Assembly (NCBI GenBank): GCA_903813345.2
Contig: CAIIXF020000001.1
Location: 36,952,001-37,016,000, forward strand
DNA: 64,000 nt
Direction of reading: 5' to 3'
DNA from: Owenia fusiformis
Lineage: Eukaryota
The translations under genes and the position numbers were made by a program. Shown here piece after piece: positions 1 to 15,700 of the stretch. A model generated the notes under the pieces. The model made no database searches and had not been told where the DNA came from. It saw nothing but the letters and a program-made list of their open reading frames with translations. How positions within the stretch are numbered: position 1 is the stretch's first letter; each line of letters starts with the position of its first letter.

Positions 1-442
1 AGTTCAGTGGGATACACCCTGTAGATATACTAAATTGACAATAATAAAAAACAAGTTCAGTGGGATACACCCTGTAGATATACTAAATTGACAATAATGA
101 AAACAAGTTCAGTGGGATACACCCTGTAGATATACTAAATTGACAATAATAAAAAACAAGTTCAGTGGGATACACCCTGTAGATATACTAAATTGACAAT
201 AATGTAAACAAGTTCATTGGGATACACCCTGTAGATATACTAAATTGACAATAATGTAAACAAATTCAGTGGGATACACCCTGTAGATATACTAAATTGA
301 CAATAATAAAAACAAGTTCAGTGGGATACACCCTGTAGATATACTAAATTGACAATAATGAAAACAAGTTCAGTGGGATACACCCTGTAGATATACTAAA
401 TTGACAATAATGAAAACAAGTTCAGTGGGATACACCCTGTAG
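1..442. repeat. Minisatellite, 53-54 bp unit, about 8 copies (runs off the window start)
   Basis: Repeated unit AAACAAGTTCAGTGGGATACACCCTGTAGATATACTAAATTGACAATAAT(A/G)A with no unique spacers. Confidence 0.95.
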
Positions 443-798
443 TTACCCAAAATGTCCATAAGATATTAGCCTATAAAATTTGCACATTTGCACGTTTTAA
501 AATTCACCAATTATCTTAAAAAAATTTTGAACAGAGCTCCTATATTTCTATGCATCAGCCTACAAAATTTTAACAAAACCTGTCACCTGGTATTTGAGTT
601 ATCAATCAAATATTACATTTTTTACGAAAAATCCTATCCTACACCCATAAGGCATAAGCCTGTAAAATTTGAATGACATCTGTCATCAGTTATTTGAGTT
701 ATAGCCCTGAAACACTAAAGAACAAACGGATGGCTTCTCTATATCCTGACGAACTTAGATTGGTAGGATAATGAGAATAATGATGGAAAGAGACATAC

Positions 799-3700
799 CT
801 TTATATCTATTCCTCTTTCTTCTATCTCTTTGACACATTTCTGCACCAAAATGGGGATTTCTACATTGGTTTCTTTGACATGAGCCATGAAATCTACACC
901 AAAGGTAGTCATCCTCCTAACCGGTGGCTTACTTCCACATGGCACCCCTAGGACCTCTAGGCACTTCTTATGGCAGGCTAGACCACACTGGAAAAATGGT
1001 GTATAATCTTAATGATCTAAATAAAGTGCAATATCTTAACTTAAGGAAGTACAAGTGGAAGTGGAAAAATGGAAACTGGAAATTGAATATTAGATGACAA
1101 TGGTGAGAACCTAGAATAGATGAGATAATTTTCTCATATTTCCGTTTAAAGACAACATGTTCTGTATTCTGAGCTTTGTTTAATAACACAACCTTTCATG
1201 CTCAGTTAAAGGGTGACGCATATCGTTTAGCAAATCGAACGCTCGTTTCTGGTGTTGCTCACCTTTTAGTATAAAAGGCCCGATCCCGGAATAATACTCA
1301 AGGGTTCACAGGTTCGAGGTCGTTGTGTCAACACCTCTAACTGTTATATAGCATAAGTATATTATAGATCGTCACACATTTATACAAGAACACAAATGTG
1401 TACAAAATGTCCCCACCAATGGGTGATCCCATGAAATGGTTATCCTGAAAATGAGTAGACAAGACTTTACTGACACAATTTGAGAACGGAAAATCCAAAA
1501 TGGCTGCCTTAAAATTTACCCAGAATCCCCCAAAATTAGCTAGTTCTAGATTTTCATACTAAGAACCACCCCTGAAAATTTGAAATTGATCCGTCAAACA
1601 GTTAAACAAAACTTTACAGACAAGATTTTAGGATGGAAAATCCCAAATGGCTGCCTTGACATTTACCCAGAATGTCAAAAAACTAATCAGTTCTAGATTT
1701 TCATACTGAGAATCATCCCTGAAAAGTTGAAATTGATCTACCAAACGGTTCACCTGAAAACACGTAGACAAGACTTTACAGACAAGATTTTAGGACAGAA
1801 TATCCAAAATGGCTGCCTTGACATTTACCCAGAATGATCAAAATACTAATCAGATCTAGGTTTTCATACTAAGAATCACCCCTGAAAATTTGAAATTGAT
1901 CTAACAAACGGTTCACCTGGAAATGCGTAGACAAGACTTTACAGACAAGATTTTAGGACGGAAAATCCAAAATGGCTGCCTTGACATTTACCCAGAACGC
2001 CAAAAAACTAATCAGATCTAGATTTTCATACTAAGAATCATCCCTGAAAATTTGAAATTGATCTACCAAACGGTTCACCTGGAAATGCGTAGACAAGACT
2101 TTACAGACAAGATTTTAGGACGGAAAATCCAAAATGGCTGCCTTGACATTTACCCAGAACGCCAAAAAACTAATCAGATCTAGATTTTCATACTAAGAAT
2201 CATCCCTGAAAATTTGAAATTGATCTACCAAACGGTTCACCTGAAAACGTGTAGACAAGACTTTACAGACAAGATTTTAGGACGAAAAAACCCAAAATGG
2301 CCGACAATAAAAAAGTGATTATGAGTTTTTGCTGATTTCCTTTTACAAAATTATCACATATAACTACTGTTAACAATAACTAGGCTTTTTCAACAAAGTA
2401 CACCTGAAATTATTTATAAAGCTACTAAATAGTTAAAGTATGAAAACTCAAAAACACCATTCAATATGATACAAAGTATTATCGCGCGCTAACTTTTCTT
2501 CAGACATTCAAAATGGCTGACATGACTGAGCTAACAGGTCCAAAACCTAATCAGATGTAGAATGAAGTGAGCTGAACAAGATGTTAAAGTTTTAAAAGCA
2601 ACTGTGAAGCCGTTTTTCTTAAAGTTTGCAGACAAGGATTTTAGCATTTGACCTCAAAATGGCCGACAGGAAGTAGCTATCAAGTTTATTTTTTTTCATC
2701 CACATCTGTATGCACTCACAAGTTATTCCTGAAAATTTGAAGGTGATACCTGTAGCGGTTTTGGAGAAAACTGCCGGACGTCCGGACGGACAGACAGACA
2801 ACCAGACAGACAGACGGACGGATGCGCCTAGGACGACAATATGGCCCCACACTATGTGGTGGGGACATAAAAAGGGTGATTTTTATTTTGACAAATCAAT
2901 TCCACATTTATGGGTGAAGTTTCAGGATCTTCTATTTGTATATAATAAGGAAAAATTGGCATCTAAATTTCCCCATAACGTAATAGCACACAGCTTGGCA
3001 TATGAAATATCCTACAAATGAGACAAAGCAAGACAAACTGGTTTCTAATACAAGGATTTATATTGGCTGTTGTACATGTATTCTTTGAACGCAATCACTC
3101 TTTGGATAACGTTTTCAAAATCATTATAAACGGATTACTTTATCTCAAAGACAATTTCAATAAACTGGATTTTACAGAACTCCCCTTATTTCTTAAAAAT
3201 GGACTGATCCAGTTGATTCGCCTGGAGCCGCCATATTGTTTTTATACGGGATGCTAATCGGAACCCTTTAAAACTAGAAAAACAGCAACTACACGGAGTG
3301 GACTATCAAAACAAAACTATCTCCCACCCCCCATTCAGGGAAAATTATCGCAATCCAAGATCACAAGACCAGGGGTTTCACTAGAATTTCTCACAACTGG
3401 ATAAATAAATGAAAACAACAGGCAAAATTAATGGAAATCATAAATCTAACATGGAAAAGTTGAAAGTCCCTAAAAACAACAGGCAATTTTGTGAAAACAA
3501 CCAGTGAAAATCGCCTGTTGCCTACTGCTAATGAAACCCCTGCAAGACCATGGGATATTTCATTCATACTGAGGACCATTACAATACACATATTGAAGAA
3601 TAAATTAGAATTGATAACCAAATCTCTGACATCAAAAATAGAAATTTTACAGACATAAACATCCTGTTTTCTATATGCATCTTCATCATTAATAGTAGTG

Positions 3701-6700
3701 CTAATGGTTATGTAGTTTTTTTACATGTAAATGTCTTCTTTTTCCTTCCTTTATAATTGTTATAATTTTTGTTTGTACATGTACTTGACCCCAAGGGGTG
3801 TGAATGTACTTGAAGAATAAATAAATATGTATAACTTACCTTTTCACATTCAGCACCTTGAAAGTATACATAGCTGTCACACTCTCTACATTTTGCGGGT
3901 GATCTCAGTTTGCGGAACACATGGGTAAGGCCACATTTGGATACAAGGGCATTCTGAAATGGCCCACTGAGGTTAAGACCTAAAAGTAAAACAAAAATTG
4001 TTGATGAAATATTTATTTAATTTTCATAGATATTTCACAAATTAATGGATTAATGATTAATTCAAATTGAGTTCTAATATAGTTGAGCAAGGTGACAACA
4101 TGAAAACATTTTTTGCGTAAAACTTTTTTCAAATAACCATATTTCGATCGATTATGGAGAAAAATTAGTTAAGTTGTATTAGAGTTATTTTCCAGACAAA
4201 GGGATAAACTGCTGGATGGAGGGGTTCACTATATCCGTATTGAACTAGGTTCATTTGGGAAACTAGTGAAACTCTCTAAGCCAATCAAATTAATCCAAAT
4301 GATATTGTACTTTTATCTTTCTAATGGTGTATTGCAACCTTGGGGGAAATATTGTCAATTTGTGCACCTTAATGGAACATCTTAGAAGCTCAACTCTGCT
4401 CAAGAGCTCATGAAAAATAGATAGGAAGTATTATCATGCTATTAAAATGTGTAAAACAGCACTTTTTCAGTTGATCTTAAAGTAAAAAAAGAAGCTTACT
4501 AGCATCATTTTCGTCGTGGTCTGCCATTTCTTCCAGACTATGTCCACTAACGATCTTACGACGTTGTTGAGTGTACGGTGAAGCAGAAGGAGATGAATCT
4601 CGTGATTTACTACTGTCGGTATCACTCCCTTGTAACTGTCCCCACGCTCTTACTGCTTGCTGTGCATTGCGGTGCTTCTCTGAAATTAATATACTTATAC
4701 ATAAGAGACATATCATTAACTAGACTTGGGAAATTGAACGAAGTTCAATTTCAGACTCCAGATCTAGACTTTTTTTTAGCAGAGTCATCCAGAATAAGCC
4801 GAGTCATCCAAAATAAGCTGAGTCATCCAGAAAAAGATGGATGGATGGATGGATGAAAAAGGAAGGAAGGATAGGCTAGAATAGGAAGGGACGATAGGAT
4901 AGAATAAGAAAGAATGATAGAATAGAATAGGAAGAAGGAATAGAATAGGAAGGATAGGAAGGAGAGGATACGAAGGAAAGGTAGATAAGAAGGATACGAT
5001 AGGATCACAAAGGAAGGATGGATGCATTTTTCAATATTTTCTTCTCTACTCTTGACTTTCTATCAGGATACCATCAGATCGATTTTTCTCGAAATTTCAA
5101 AACGCCATAACTTTCGAACCGGAAGTCTGATCGAAATTTGGTTTGCAGAGTCGGATTCCTGAGAAAATTCTGACTTTAATTCATAACTCATATGTTAAAT
5201 TTTGAGAACATTTAATTTTGACCTACTTTTCGGACACCATATCTCAAAAGTGGGTCGAAATACTTTCTGACGGCAAAAGGCAAACACTATTAGCACACTC
5301 TTTCCTACCTGTATACAAAATTTTGAAGCAAATCTTATAAATATAGTGTCAGAATCGCAAAAATAAGGAAAAACTATGAATTTGACCTAGATTTTGACCT
5401 AGGGATTTTGGTGTCCAAATTTTGAAGTTAGGTAGCCTTCGAGGTCCCCTTCTTGCATAGGCTTTCATTATTTTAAGCTGTACTTAGTCTATATCTCGTA
5501 TTTTACACTTCAAAAAAATCCTTTTTCCCATTGACATAACATGGGGCACCAAATTTAGCGATTTTTGAGCTTTCAAAATGTCATAACTTCCGAACCGGAA
5601 GTCGGATCGAAATTTGATTTGCAGATTCGGATTCCTGAGAAAATTATATACTTAATTCATAACTCAAACGTTAAATTTGGAGAATTTTTTATTTTGACCT
5701 ACTTTTCGGACACCATATCTCAAAAGTGGGTCAAAATACTTTCTGACGGCAAAAGGCTAACACTATTAGCACACTCTTGGCTACATGTATACAAAATTTC
5801 GAAGAATATAATTAATCTGTAGTGTCAGAATCGCAAAAATAAGGGAAAACTTTGAATTTGACCTAGATTTTGACCTAGGCATTTTGGTGTCCAAATTTTT
5901 ATGAAAAGAGGGTTTTGAGGTCCCTTTCTTTTATGGGCTTCCATTATGTTTAGCTGTGCTTAGTCTATATCTCGTACTTTACACTTCAAAAAAATATTTT
6001 TTCCCATTGAATTAACATGGGGCACCAAATTTAGCGATTTTTGAATTTTCAAAACGCCATAACTTCTGCACCGGAAGTCAGATCGAAATTTTGTTTTCAG
6101 ATTCGGAATCCTGAGAAAATTTCCTATAAAACTGATATCCTGGACATTGGATTCGAAGATTTTTTTTTTGGACCTCGTTTTCGGACACTGATATCTCGAA
6201 ATCGGTTTGAGATACCAAAAAACTAAATCGACCCTAGATTTTCTACTTTTTTATGAGGAACACAATGAAAAAAACCCAGATCAAAAATATTGAAGGACGA
6301 CCGAGAAAATCGAAAAAAGTGACAAAGTACTGGATTTGACCTAGTTCTTGACCTTTGACCTAGATAAAAATTTGACCCAATTTCCCACCAACTAGATACT
6401 GAACCTAAATGAACTGTATAATGGTCTTTACTGGATACCTTATAGTTATTGAAAAAACTCTTAAAGAAAAATAATAATAATAAGAAGAAGAATACTGGCA
6501 AAAACAATAGACTCCAGATTGACATCTGGAGTCTAATAATTAGTAACAAGAGAGGTAGCATAATTTATTAACACAATTTTGCCTTCAAGATTCCAATTCT
6601 CTTTTGTTTTAAAATTTAATTAGGAGGATATGTGACAGAAAAGTTGAAAATCAATGTTACATTTTTATTTCATGAAGGAAAGGCTATTATCTTTTTTCAA

Positions 6701-9700
6701 TATTTTAAAACTTTAATAACGTAGTTACTGGGTAACAACTATGGGTGATTCTTTGAAAATTATTCATTACTATCTTCAATACTAGTACTTGACATAAGAA
6801 GTATTCCAACTCCCTCCCTCTATCCTTTCATTCACATTATCAACTGATTTAAACATGTCTCTGGATGATTTTAAGATATGTCGAATTTATCTATGAAATC
6901 TCTGCCTAGAATATTACATCCTCTATGAAAGGAGGAGGGAAGTTAGCGCAACAGATTTTGGACAGTCATATGTTTGATTTCGGCCATTTCCTGGGGATTT
7001 AAACAGGTGCATATGTTTGGCGAATGTTTTACCTCCAGGAAAATCACTTCTAGAGATGATAAAATAATTTTGACTTTGAGACAGGGTAGATGCAAACAAC
7101 CCACCCACATGTTTTTCTGAAATGTTTTCCTGATTTTCAACCCCTTCCATCCTTTCTTTTTTAATTTTTCTTGCATCAATATGTTGCGTTTCCCTCCTCC
7201 TTTTACAGGAGTAGCGCTAATTGTTCTTTGTATCTCCTGAAATACATGTATCGTGTCATATCAAGGTAAAACTCAAATTACTATTCCTTATTAAATAAAC
7301 ACGAAACAATGTATTATATTAGTTCATATCTAACCAGAACAAAGCAAGCAGACCACACGAAGACAGACAAGACTAAGTAGCTAACTTTCAACAAAACAAA
7401 TATTGTAAAATTGATTGTCTTTCTTGGTGTAACTATAGAATAAAGTAAAATGATTTTCACACTTCATGGTATCACAATAAAATATACAAATGTTTTTCAG
7501 CATAGAATATGCACAGACAGGCTTCAAGTAACACAATTATACATGAAAACTTACATAATTTAAAAGGATCAAGTCGTCCAAAAGCGCAATTAGAGTAACC
7601 CCTTCTGGTATTTTCGTGTTATATTATGTAAAACAAGTATTTCTATCGACTTACCAATGTTGGGGCTTCCGACTATTCTTTAACGTTGTCAATTTGATGA
7701 TTGTTCTCAGCCATAATTTTCACTTACATCAGTGGTAATTCGACAAATGTTCGAAATAAAATTGAAATAACCCGTTTCAATGTGCTCTGATCTGTGATTG
7801 GCTGCCTGGGCTCAATATCCTGGCAACCAATGTTTTTGCCAAGACTAACGACTGGAAGTTCGATGCTCAATAAAACATTGTAATCAATTAATTCAGTTTC
7901 AAAAAACTTTCAAAAAATCATACATTTCAGTTGGACTCTTATCATCCTATCATTTTGTCCAAAGGTGGGGGTTAGGTTCCTGGCGTGGGCAATCTTTTTT
8001 TTCTTTTTTTTATTACAACATATTTTTATCCTTTGGGAATGTTATTTTAATTACTTAAAAGGGTTTTACAATATAGATTAATCTAAAAAATTGTATGTTT
8101 TAGACTTATTGTGTTCTAGACAATTGGTTGTTCTTTGTTTGTCCTGTTGATTTTCTCAATATATTGGTAAAACTGAGCTCATGATTTGGTCTCAACATAT
8201 CTCTAAGGTATATATGATGTTATATGAGCAGTTATATAAGGACATTACTGGTTGTCCGGGAGAAATATCCGGACGATCTGATCCCTTTAAGGTAAATATA
8301 TAACAGATTTTCTGAATTTTGCCGAGAACCATGTAATTAACACTAAGAGAGTACTATTACCAAGAGCAAGGCCATACTGGGCAAATGTCGGTGTCATTGA
8401 TAATGGTGTGTAGCTAAATTTTTTGTTTTTAATTATAATATATAAATCAACCTTAGTGGAATAAATAAAGAGTAAGAATAACAATGTCAATAATCTTTTA
8501 ATAAACAGGAAAGAAGATAGCTACCTATTGCCTTTTGCATTTTATGTCCACACTATTTATTTTTTGAAGACCTACTTGTGAGATTTTACCTTTAATTTGA
8601 AAAACAGCAACCATGCAGAGTAGCAAATGCCACAAAACAAAACACATTTTATCAAACCAATCATCATTTTGAGAATTTCATGATTGAAGTAACCAGGTAG
8701 TAGTATTATCCTATTTGGCAAAATCTACACCCATGACCTGACATGGCAACATATTGGAAATTTCTCCATTATGGCATTGTGCCCATAAGAAACAATAAAA
8801 TTTGAATCAAATTCTAGTACAATTTCTTATTTGTCAGCAAGGCATATAAAATTTGAAACAAACCTGACGACTAGTGTTTGAGTTATCGAAGATTTTCATC
8901 TTTTACAAAGGATGGGAGCCATATTGGAAATTCACAGCGGTGGTCCTTAGCCTATATGCCATTGGACAATAAAATTTGGACCAAATGTGATAACTGGTAT
9001 CTAATGGTAATCGAAATTGGTAGCCATCTCGAGTACATGTCCTATGACCCCAAGGCATCAGCATATGTTATTTTAACTAAATCCATCAAATGGCATCTGA
9101 GTTATCAAAGATTTGAATTTTTATGAAAAATTATGGACAGTTTGAATTGACTGGCAATATTCCTGAAATAAGCCTGAAACTAGTCTGTCAACAGGTATTT
9201 GAGTTATCCCTTTATAAATGGAATGGATGGACAAAGAAACTAACAGATAGTTGGCTTCTCTTTATCCCTCCCGACACTGGTGAGATATTGTAAGTTATCA
9301 CACATTTCAGCACTTGATACTGGAAATATTCCATAAAAGGTAACAGTGTATCATCCACATTGATACATTGTTACCCGAGTGGAATATTTCCTGTATCACA
9401 TAAACCAAAACTTGTGATGACTATTTTATCACATGTCTAGGAGTTTATAAGCATTTTGATTTGGTCAATTATGATTATGTCCTATACTCTGCACGGTAGT
9501 TTATTATATTTTGCGTGTTTTCAAATTTCACTGTGTAATAGTATGACATCATACCGTTGTCTCCGTACTTGTTTGTGAAATAATATGACCTCAAAAGTGA
9601 TTGTGACTCCGTAGTGATTAAGTCTATCATATCACATGAAAATGAGTCACATGCCATGTGATATGGAAAATGCATCATCACAATTGACCAATCAGAATAC

Positions 9701-12700
9701 TTAGAAACCATGTGATATTGAATTGTGTAAAGTGTACTTCATGCTGCATATAGCGTGTAGTGAAAAGCAAAGCACACACCCAAATATCCACCTTTACGAG
9801 GATATCCTTCTGTGTCATCAACTGTGATCTGCACGTCTCCACTCCCCTTCCTGTCATCTCTAAAACAAAAAGATTTTTTAAATATTCATCTGATATATTA
9901 ATATAATTTCTTCCACTTTATGTGCTATATTGTTGTTGTCTTGTGCAGATGGGCCTGCATCTGTGTGTGTGTGTGTGTGTGCATTTATATCACATTTTTG
10001 TCTTGTTATGTTATTACAGCTTCAATAGTTTATAATTAAGAAATATTTTCTGGGAAACATCATACACGTATTTCCATAATGACTGATAACCCAATACCTC
10101 CCAGTACATCCTTACATATTAACACTGTATTCATATTTCACATGAAAAACACATATTCAAAGTGCAAGTTAATTGAACTTTTGATTATGTATCTTCGAAG
10201 ATGTGACGCTCTCCTTTGTAGGAAGATCATATTGGGAATCATCACATACTTAACAGAGGTATAAGCTCTTACTTGCTCCCTGTATATGGCTCAAAGACAT
10301 ATGGCTCTGGTAGACAACTGGTCTGTGGTACTGGCAAGCAGCGAACAAACTCTGCATACTGGGCACCTTGCTCATAAAGCCTACTGCTCTCACAAAGTGT
10401 CTGAAACTGCAGTAGAGTATCACTTTAAAAACTCTAATTTTCTCTTTTCCAAATTAAAAGAAAAAAAATTGAAAAAAGTGTTTGTGGCAATGTTTGTCAT
10501 ATCATGTATCATCATATTTGATGTGTTTATAAGATTTAATTAGTCTTATGTTATGTTTATGGATGGTTAAAACAAATAAAATGTATGAATCATTGTAGTT
10601 ATGATCAAAGTAACTGATAGGCATTCATTGTCACACCTTGTCTTGTATGCTTCCTGGTGTCATCATGTTTGAACATAATTCAACCTCTAAGAGCCATAGC
10701 AAGTACAAGGAGGTTAGTATGATCTTATGGATTTGATAAGTCTCAAGGGACTCGAGGGTTGCTTCAAATTACTTGGTTAAATGACTAAGGACTTTGCAAA
10801 AATAAACTAGACAACAGCAACGCCAAAGCGAAGCAAATCCCATCGAACATCGGCTGGCATTTTTACAAACAAAGTATATAGCAAAAATGGCAGCCATTTT
10901 TCAAAATGGCCACCTTCTACCAAAAGTGTCATTAGACAGTGAATCATGCTTATAGTATTCACATACCAAATATGAACAAAATCGCACTTTAATATCTCGT
11001 CGCGTGAGAATAACTTTGTACTAACTGCCATTTTCAAAAAAATTGAGATAGACATGGAATTTTACTATTTGAAACACAGGCTTTCATCTCAGATACATGC
11101 CCCATCTCAATTCCCTCTCATTAAGCTAGAATTCAGTGTGAAATTGTACCATCTCCAGACAAACAGCTTATTTCTAATTTCAAATTGTCATATCTGATAT
11201 CAACTGTTTCAACCAATCAACTCTCTCAGAATTGGTCATGTGACTTGCAAAACTTGGAGTTATAACAATCTTATATTAAAACGAAGTATGCCAATATGCA
11301 TGATATTGTATCTAGAATGAAATAATGTTTTGTAACACAATACCATGCCAGTTTGCATGCCTGGCCTTTCATGTTTTAGTTTTAGAACTATTACAAGTAG
11401 ATCAAAAAATAAAATAATACAGTATGTGTAATCCCATGCATATTCAAATTATATGCCATCAATTACTCTTTGTATTATGGATGCTCATTGGATTATTCAT
11501 GGCCACATGATATGAAATAGAATTACTAATTTCCTCGAAAACCTAAATCCTTGCTGCCAGGGAAGATGAAAAGTACAAATGACCAATTAATTAGATCATG
11601 TGAGCAGTCAAAAGTACCCTTTATCTTCCTTGCTACCAGGTCTTATAGGGGTTTGAATGGCCAAATGTAATAGAAATGCATATACGAAGCTGTCATCATT
11701 AAATGTTGAAAATGAAAGACTACTTATTTGTTTCTTCAAATAGAGTACATAATAATAGGTTATATACTAGATATAGTAATCAAAACAAATAGTAACTGTC
11801 ATATTTTGCACTACATTGCTCAAAGGCAATCACTGTCTGTATACTATTGAAATCTCTTTCAAAATGATGTTTTATAGTTTGTGGAAAAAAGCTAAATCTA
11901 TTTAAAACTAGCTTTAACTTTTACTGATCATACACTATATCAATAAGGAGTTATCTTTATGTTAGTATAGTCCCTTAAAACACTTATTTTATTTTCTGTT
12001 CATCTATGATTTACTTTGCGCTTTTCACTGAACATCTGGGATCTTTTTAGTTATTTTATTACTAGTATGTTTTTCAGATTTGTCCTTCCTTTTCCATTTT
12101 TGGGATCATTGTTTTTAGATCATCTACATTTTATTTTGGAAAAGTAACAAATTGGTTCAATTTCTTTACAAAGAGCCACTCTTAGTCTCCACTTCTACAA
12201 TTGCTTCAATTCCCAATTGTACTCCACAGAGTAGCAAACAACAGAAAATGAATGGATAATGATAGCTGCATCCCAATGAACAAAATGTGATTACCTAAAT
12301 CGAGGTTTCATCACTTTCATTAATCTAAAATGAATTAGAAATTATTTTTCTATTTTCAAATTTCTTCCATGTGCATGTAATAAAAATTGTTTATGTCTTA
12401 GGCCCTAAGGATCTGAAACCTGCTGGTCAAAATGGAATTACGGACCAGTTGCAATGTTATTCTCCTATACCCAGTGAAAAAATCAACTGGTCTGTATCAA
12501 AAATAACCTGATAATGACCAGCAGACCGGCCCTTAGGGGCTACATTGTAATGTGCTGGGAGGTTTAGGCTACAGGGTTTATACCGAGGGAAATATGTGGG
12601 GGACCGTATTGGCATCATTGGTTTCAATGCATTGTATTTCTGCCTTAGTTTCAAAGGCAATAAATTCTTTTTGAAGGGTGTCCTGAGATTCCAAAATTAA

Positions 12701-15700
12701 GAAATAATTGTGCTTATTTGAGAAATTGATTTTAAAGTTTTATAAATTGAATTTTCTTTATTTTATTAAATAATATTCTTTGGTTTTTGAAGATTTTTTT
12801 ACAAAGCAAAACATTATTTTCATTCTAGATACAATAACATGCATATTGGCATACTTTGTTTTAATATAAGATTGTTATAACTCCAAGTTTTGCAAGTCAC
12901 ATGACCAATTCTTAGAGAGTTGATTGGTTGAAACAGTTGATATCAGATATGACAATTTGAAATTAGAAATAAGCTGTTATTCCGGTGGGAAATTGTATCA
13001 ACTCCATTTCCATAGTTTTAAAAAAGGATCTTGTAAATTGTTTCAAGGTATGATATTTCATATAAGATATCTCTAGGGTGAGACCAGGTGACATACAAAA
13101 AATCAAGTTTCACATAGCAATACTAAGTAAGATACAGACCTCTAAACTTTCAAACCTTGATTTCTCAGTTCCGTAAAAATGTGAGATAGTACAAAGTTAT
13201 TCTCATGCGACGATCTATATTTCTAGCTTTATTAATGTCCTATATTAAACAAATACTGGATGACCATGAGGTGGATATGCCAGATTATAACATACCTATG
13301 ACGAAGTATAGTGTAAACTCTTCACAAGAGAGCGGGCCAATATAAATTTTGAAAAGCCCATGCCCGCTAACTTTCTAAATGGTCAAGCACTGGGACTACG
13401 TCATACATTAGGCCTAGGTCAAATTGACTCGTACATTCGTAAGATACAAACATGGGAATAAATCATCATTTCCGAACCATTGCTAGTCAATTAGATAAGA
13501 AAAAAAAGATACTCTCTGACCAGACTAGATCATCATAGGTATGTTATAAATCGTTTATGTGACTATAGTTGCACATATGCCCTCGGTTCTCAGTGATCAA
13601 TGTCCCTCCCAAGGTCGGGCCATATATCCCTGAAACCCTCGGGCATATATGCAACGATAGTGACATAACCTCTAAATACCTATCCAAGGAAAAAAATACT
13701 AGGCAAGGCGAAGCCGAGCCTAGTATTTTTTTTCGAGGATAGGTATTCTGGCATATCCACCTCATGGTCATCCAGTATTTATTTTATTATGCACCTCCCT
13801 TGGTTAATATCATATTCCTAACATTAATTTACTATAGATAAATAAAAGATGGTGTTAAATTGTCAAGAAATACTTTACTTTAAAGAATGGGTCTACTAAA
13901 ACAGAAGCCGAGCCTAGTATTTTTTTTCGAGGATAGGTATTCTGGCATACGGGATGGTTGGAGATCTCGTTCCTTCAATACTGGATAGAACGAGATCTTG
14001 CTGCCATGTATGGCAATAGATCCTGCAGCTCTTAACCAATCAGATTTGAGTATTTTAATGAGGTGCATAATAAAAAAATTTACATTTAAAATATATTGCT
14101 ATTACAGTTTTACATATTGTACCTAAATTGACCCTATCATAAACTTTTTTAAAGGCATTTAAACAAAACTATATTCCAGTCTTAAATAATATGCAAGGGC
14201 AATCTGCTGAACATCATGTAAATAGCCCTAGCAGAAATGTCTGCAGCAGTTATAGCATTGGCAGATTTTTGATATCTTGGTATATCACAGCATATTTTTC
14301 CAAATATACATGTTCTAAAGTCATTCATAACTTTTTGTTTATATAGTGCTGTCATGTAATTTTTGATAGACAATATAAAGGATACCCTTATTGTTTTAAT
14401 CATCAAAAAATGAATTAATTAAAAACATTACATTTTGAGCATTTAGACTCTAAACTTGACTTATTTGTAAAAAAGTCCCATATAACTGAATGACAGAATG
14501 AATCTGAGACTTTGTTTACTGCAGCATGGAGTAAAGCTGGAGATTTGATTAAAAGTGCAGTTGGAAACAGCCATGACAGACAGACGGAGGCGTTCCCTAT
14601 ATCCCTCCAAACAACGTTCGATGGGATAACAAGACATTAACATGCAAGAGGCCGCCACCTGTCACTTGTTGCAGACACTGAATGCTGAACACCGTCTGCC
14701 GAATGCCATCAAAAAAATGTGGGAGACCATAACAATATGAACCTGTAATAAAAAGTATTGAACTTATCAATTGTAGTATCCTTTACCTGTACTGGGGCTG
14801 GTGCAGTGGCTGTATGTTGGAGCTGAAAGTAGCCAACTGTGACTGTCTTCATTGTTTCATCACACTGGTGCATCAAACTTCTAATCCTGGCCAGAATATC
14901 AGCCTGCAAGCAACATACAATTTATAGTGACTGTTTGCCTCAAGACTTTTCATCAACTAAATCTAGAGCAGCTAGACACCTGTTATTCAAACCCTTTTAG
15001 ACTAAATTGAGTAACTGGATAAAATACTGGGTAAACAGTTTCAAAATGTTTGTAACACATGACGTTTTTTTCAAGGCTGGGTAGACCACTTTCATTTTTT
15101 GATATACAGGGTGTTCCAGATGTTTCAGGAATGATGCTGTGTTTTATTGGTTTTTTTTTCAATCTTACTGAAATTTTGACACAATTTGTCTAAACATGTT
15201 TTGAATAAGTTGGGGAAGTTTCATATCGCGAAGTTTAGTAGTCTTAATTATATGGTTGCTATAGTAACCTAGGGGTAGGGTAGGTGGAGCAGGTGTAACA
15301 ACGCGCAAAATATATGAAATATTTGTAAAAAAAAAAAATTTGTACGAAATGTGACCAAGTATTAGGTTGTCAGAGTTGGATCAAACTTGTCAGTAATTAA
15401 ACAAAAATGAAGGTGGATTCCAAGAAAGTAAACAAATGTCATCATCCTTGATCATATCACAATTTAATCACCTGCCATGTCATGAGTCACAAAGGAGAAA
15501 AAACACAGGTCATTTTGGACGAGCGGCCATCTTGAAAAGTGAAAAGTCATTAGCAAAGGAAAACCTTCGACTTAGGCAACACACATCAATCTGTGACAAG
15601 ACATGACATGTGTGAATAACAGTTTTCTGCAGCAGGCACAATTAAACTCCTGATGAATGCACATTGGGGACTCAATGATGGTAACCTCTAGAGTGTATGA

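Larger units (their letters stand above)
10806..14630 (+). mobile_element. HINE-family copy (same family as 57275-58802) split by nested insertions
   Basis: 5' end ACTAGACAACAGCAACGCCAAAGCGAAGCAAATCCCATCGAAC at 10806; family sequence resumes at ~13214 and ~14080; 3' end GACGGAGGCGTTCCCTATATCCCTCCAAACAACGTTCGATGGGATAAC at ~14583-14630. Confidence 0.7.

Noticed and set aside
4785..5027. Hydrophobic low-complexity ORFs
   Set aside because: Reverse reading of a purine-rich microsatellite.
7655..7714. Possible alternative internal first exon of the RhoGAP gene (minus-strand ATG and strong GTAAGT donor)
   Set aside because: The ATG frame stops before the donor and the open frame has the wrong phase; it could only be non-coding, which cannot be shown without RNA data.
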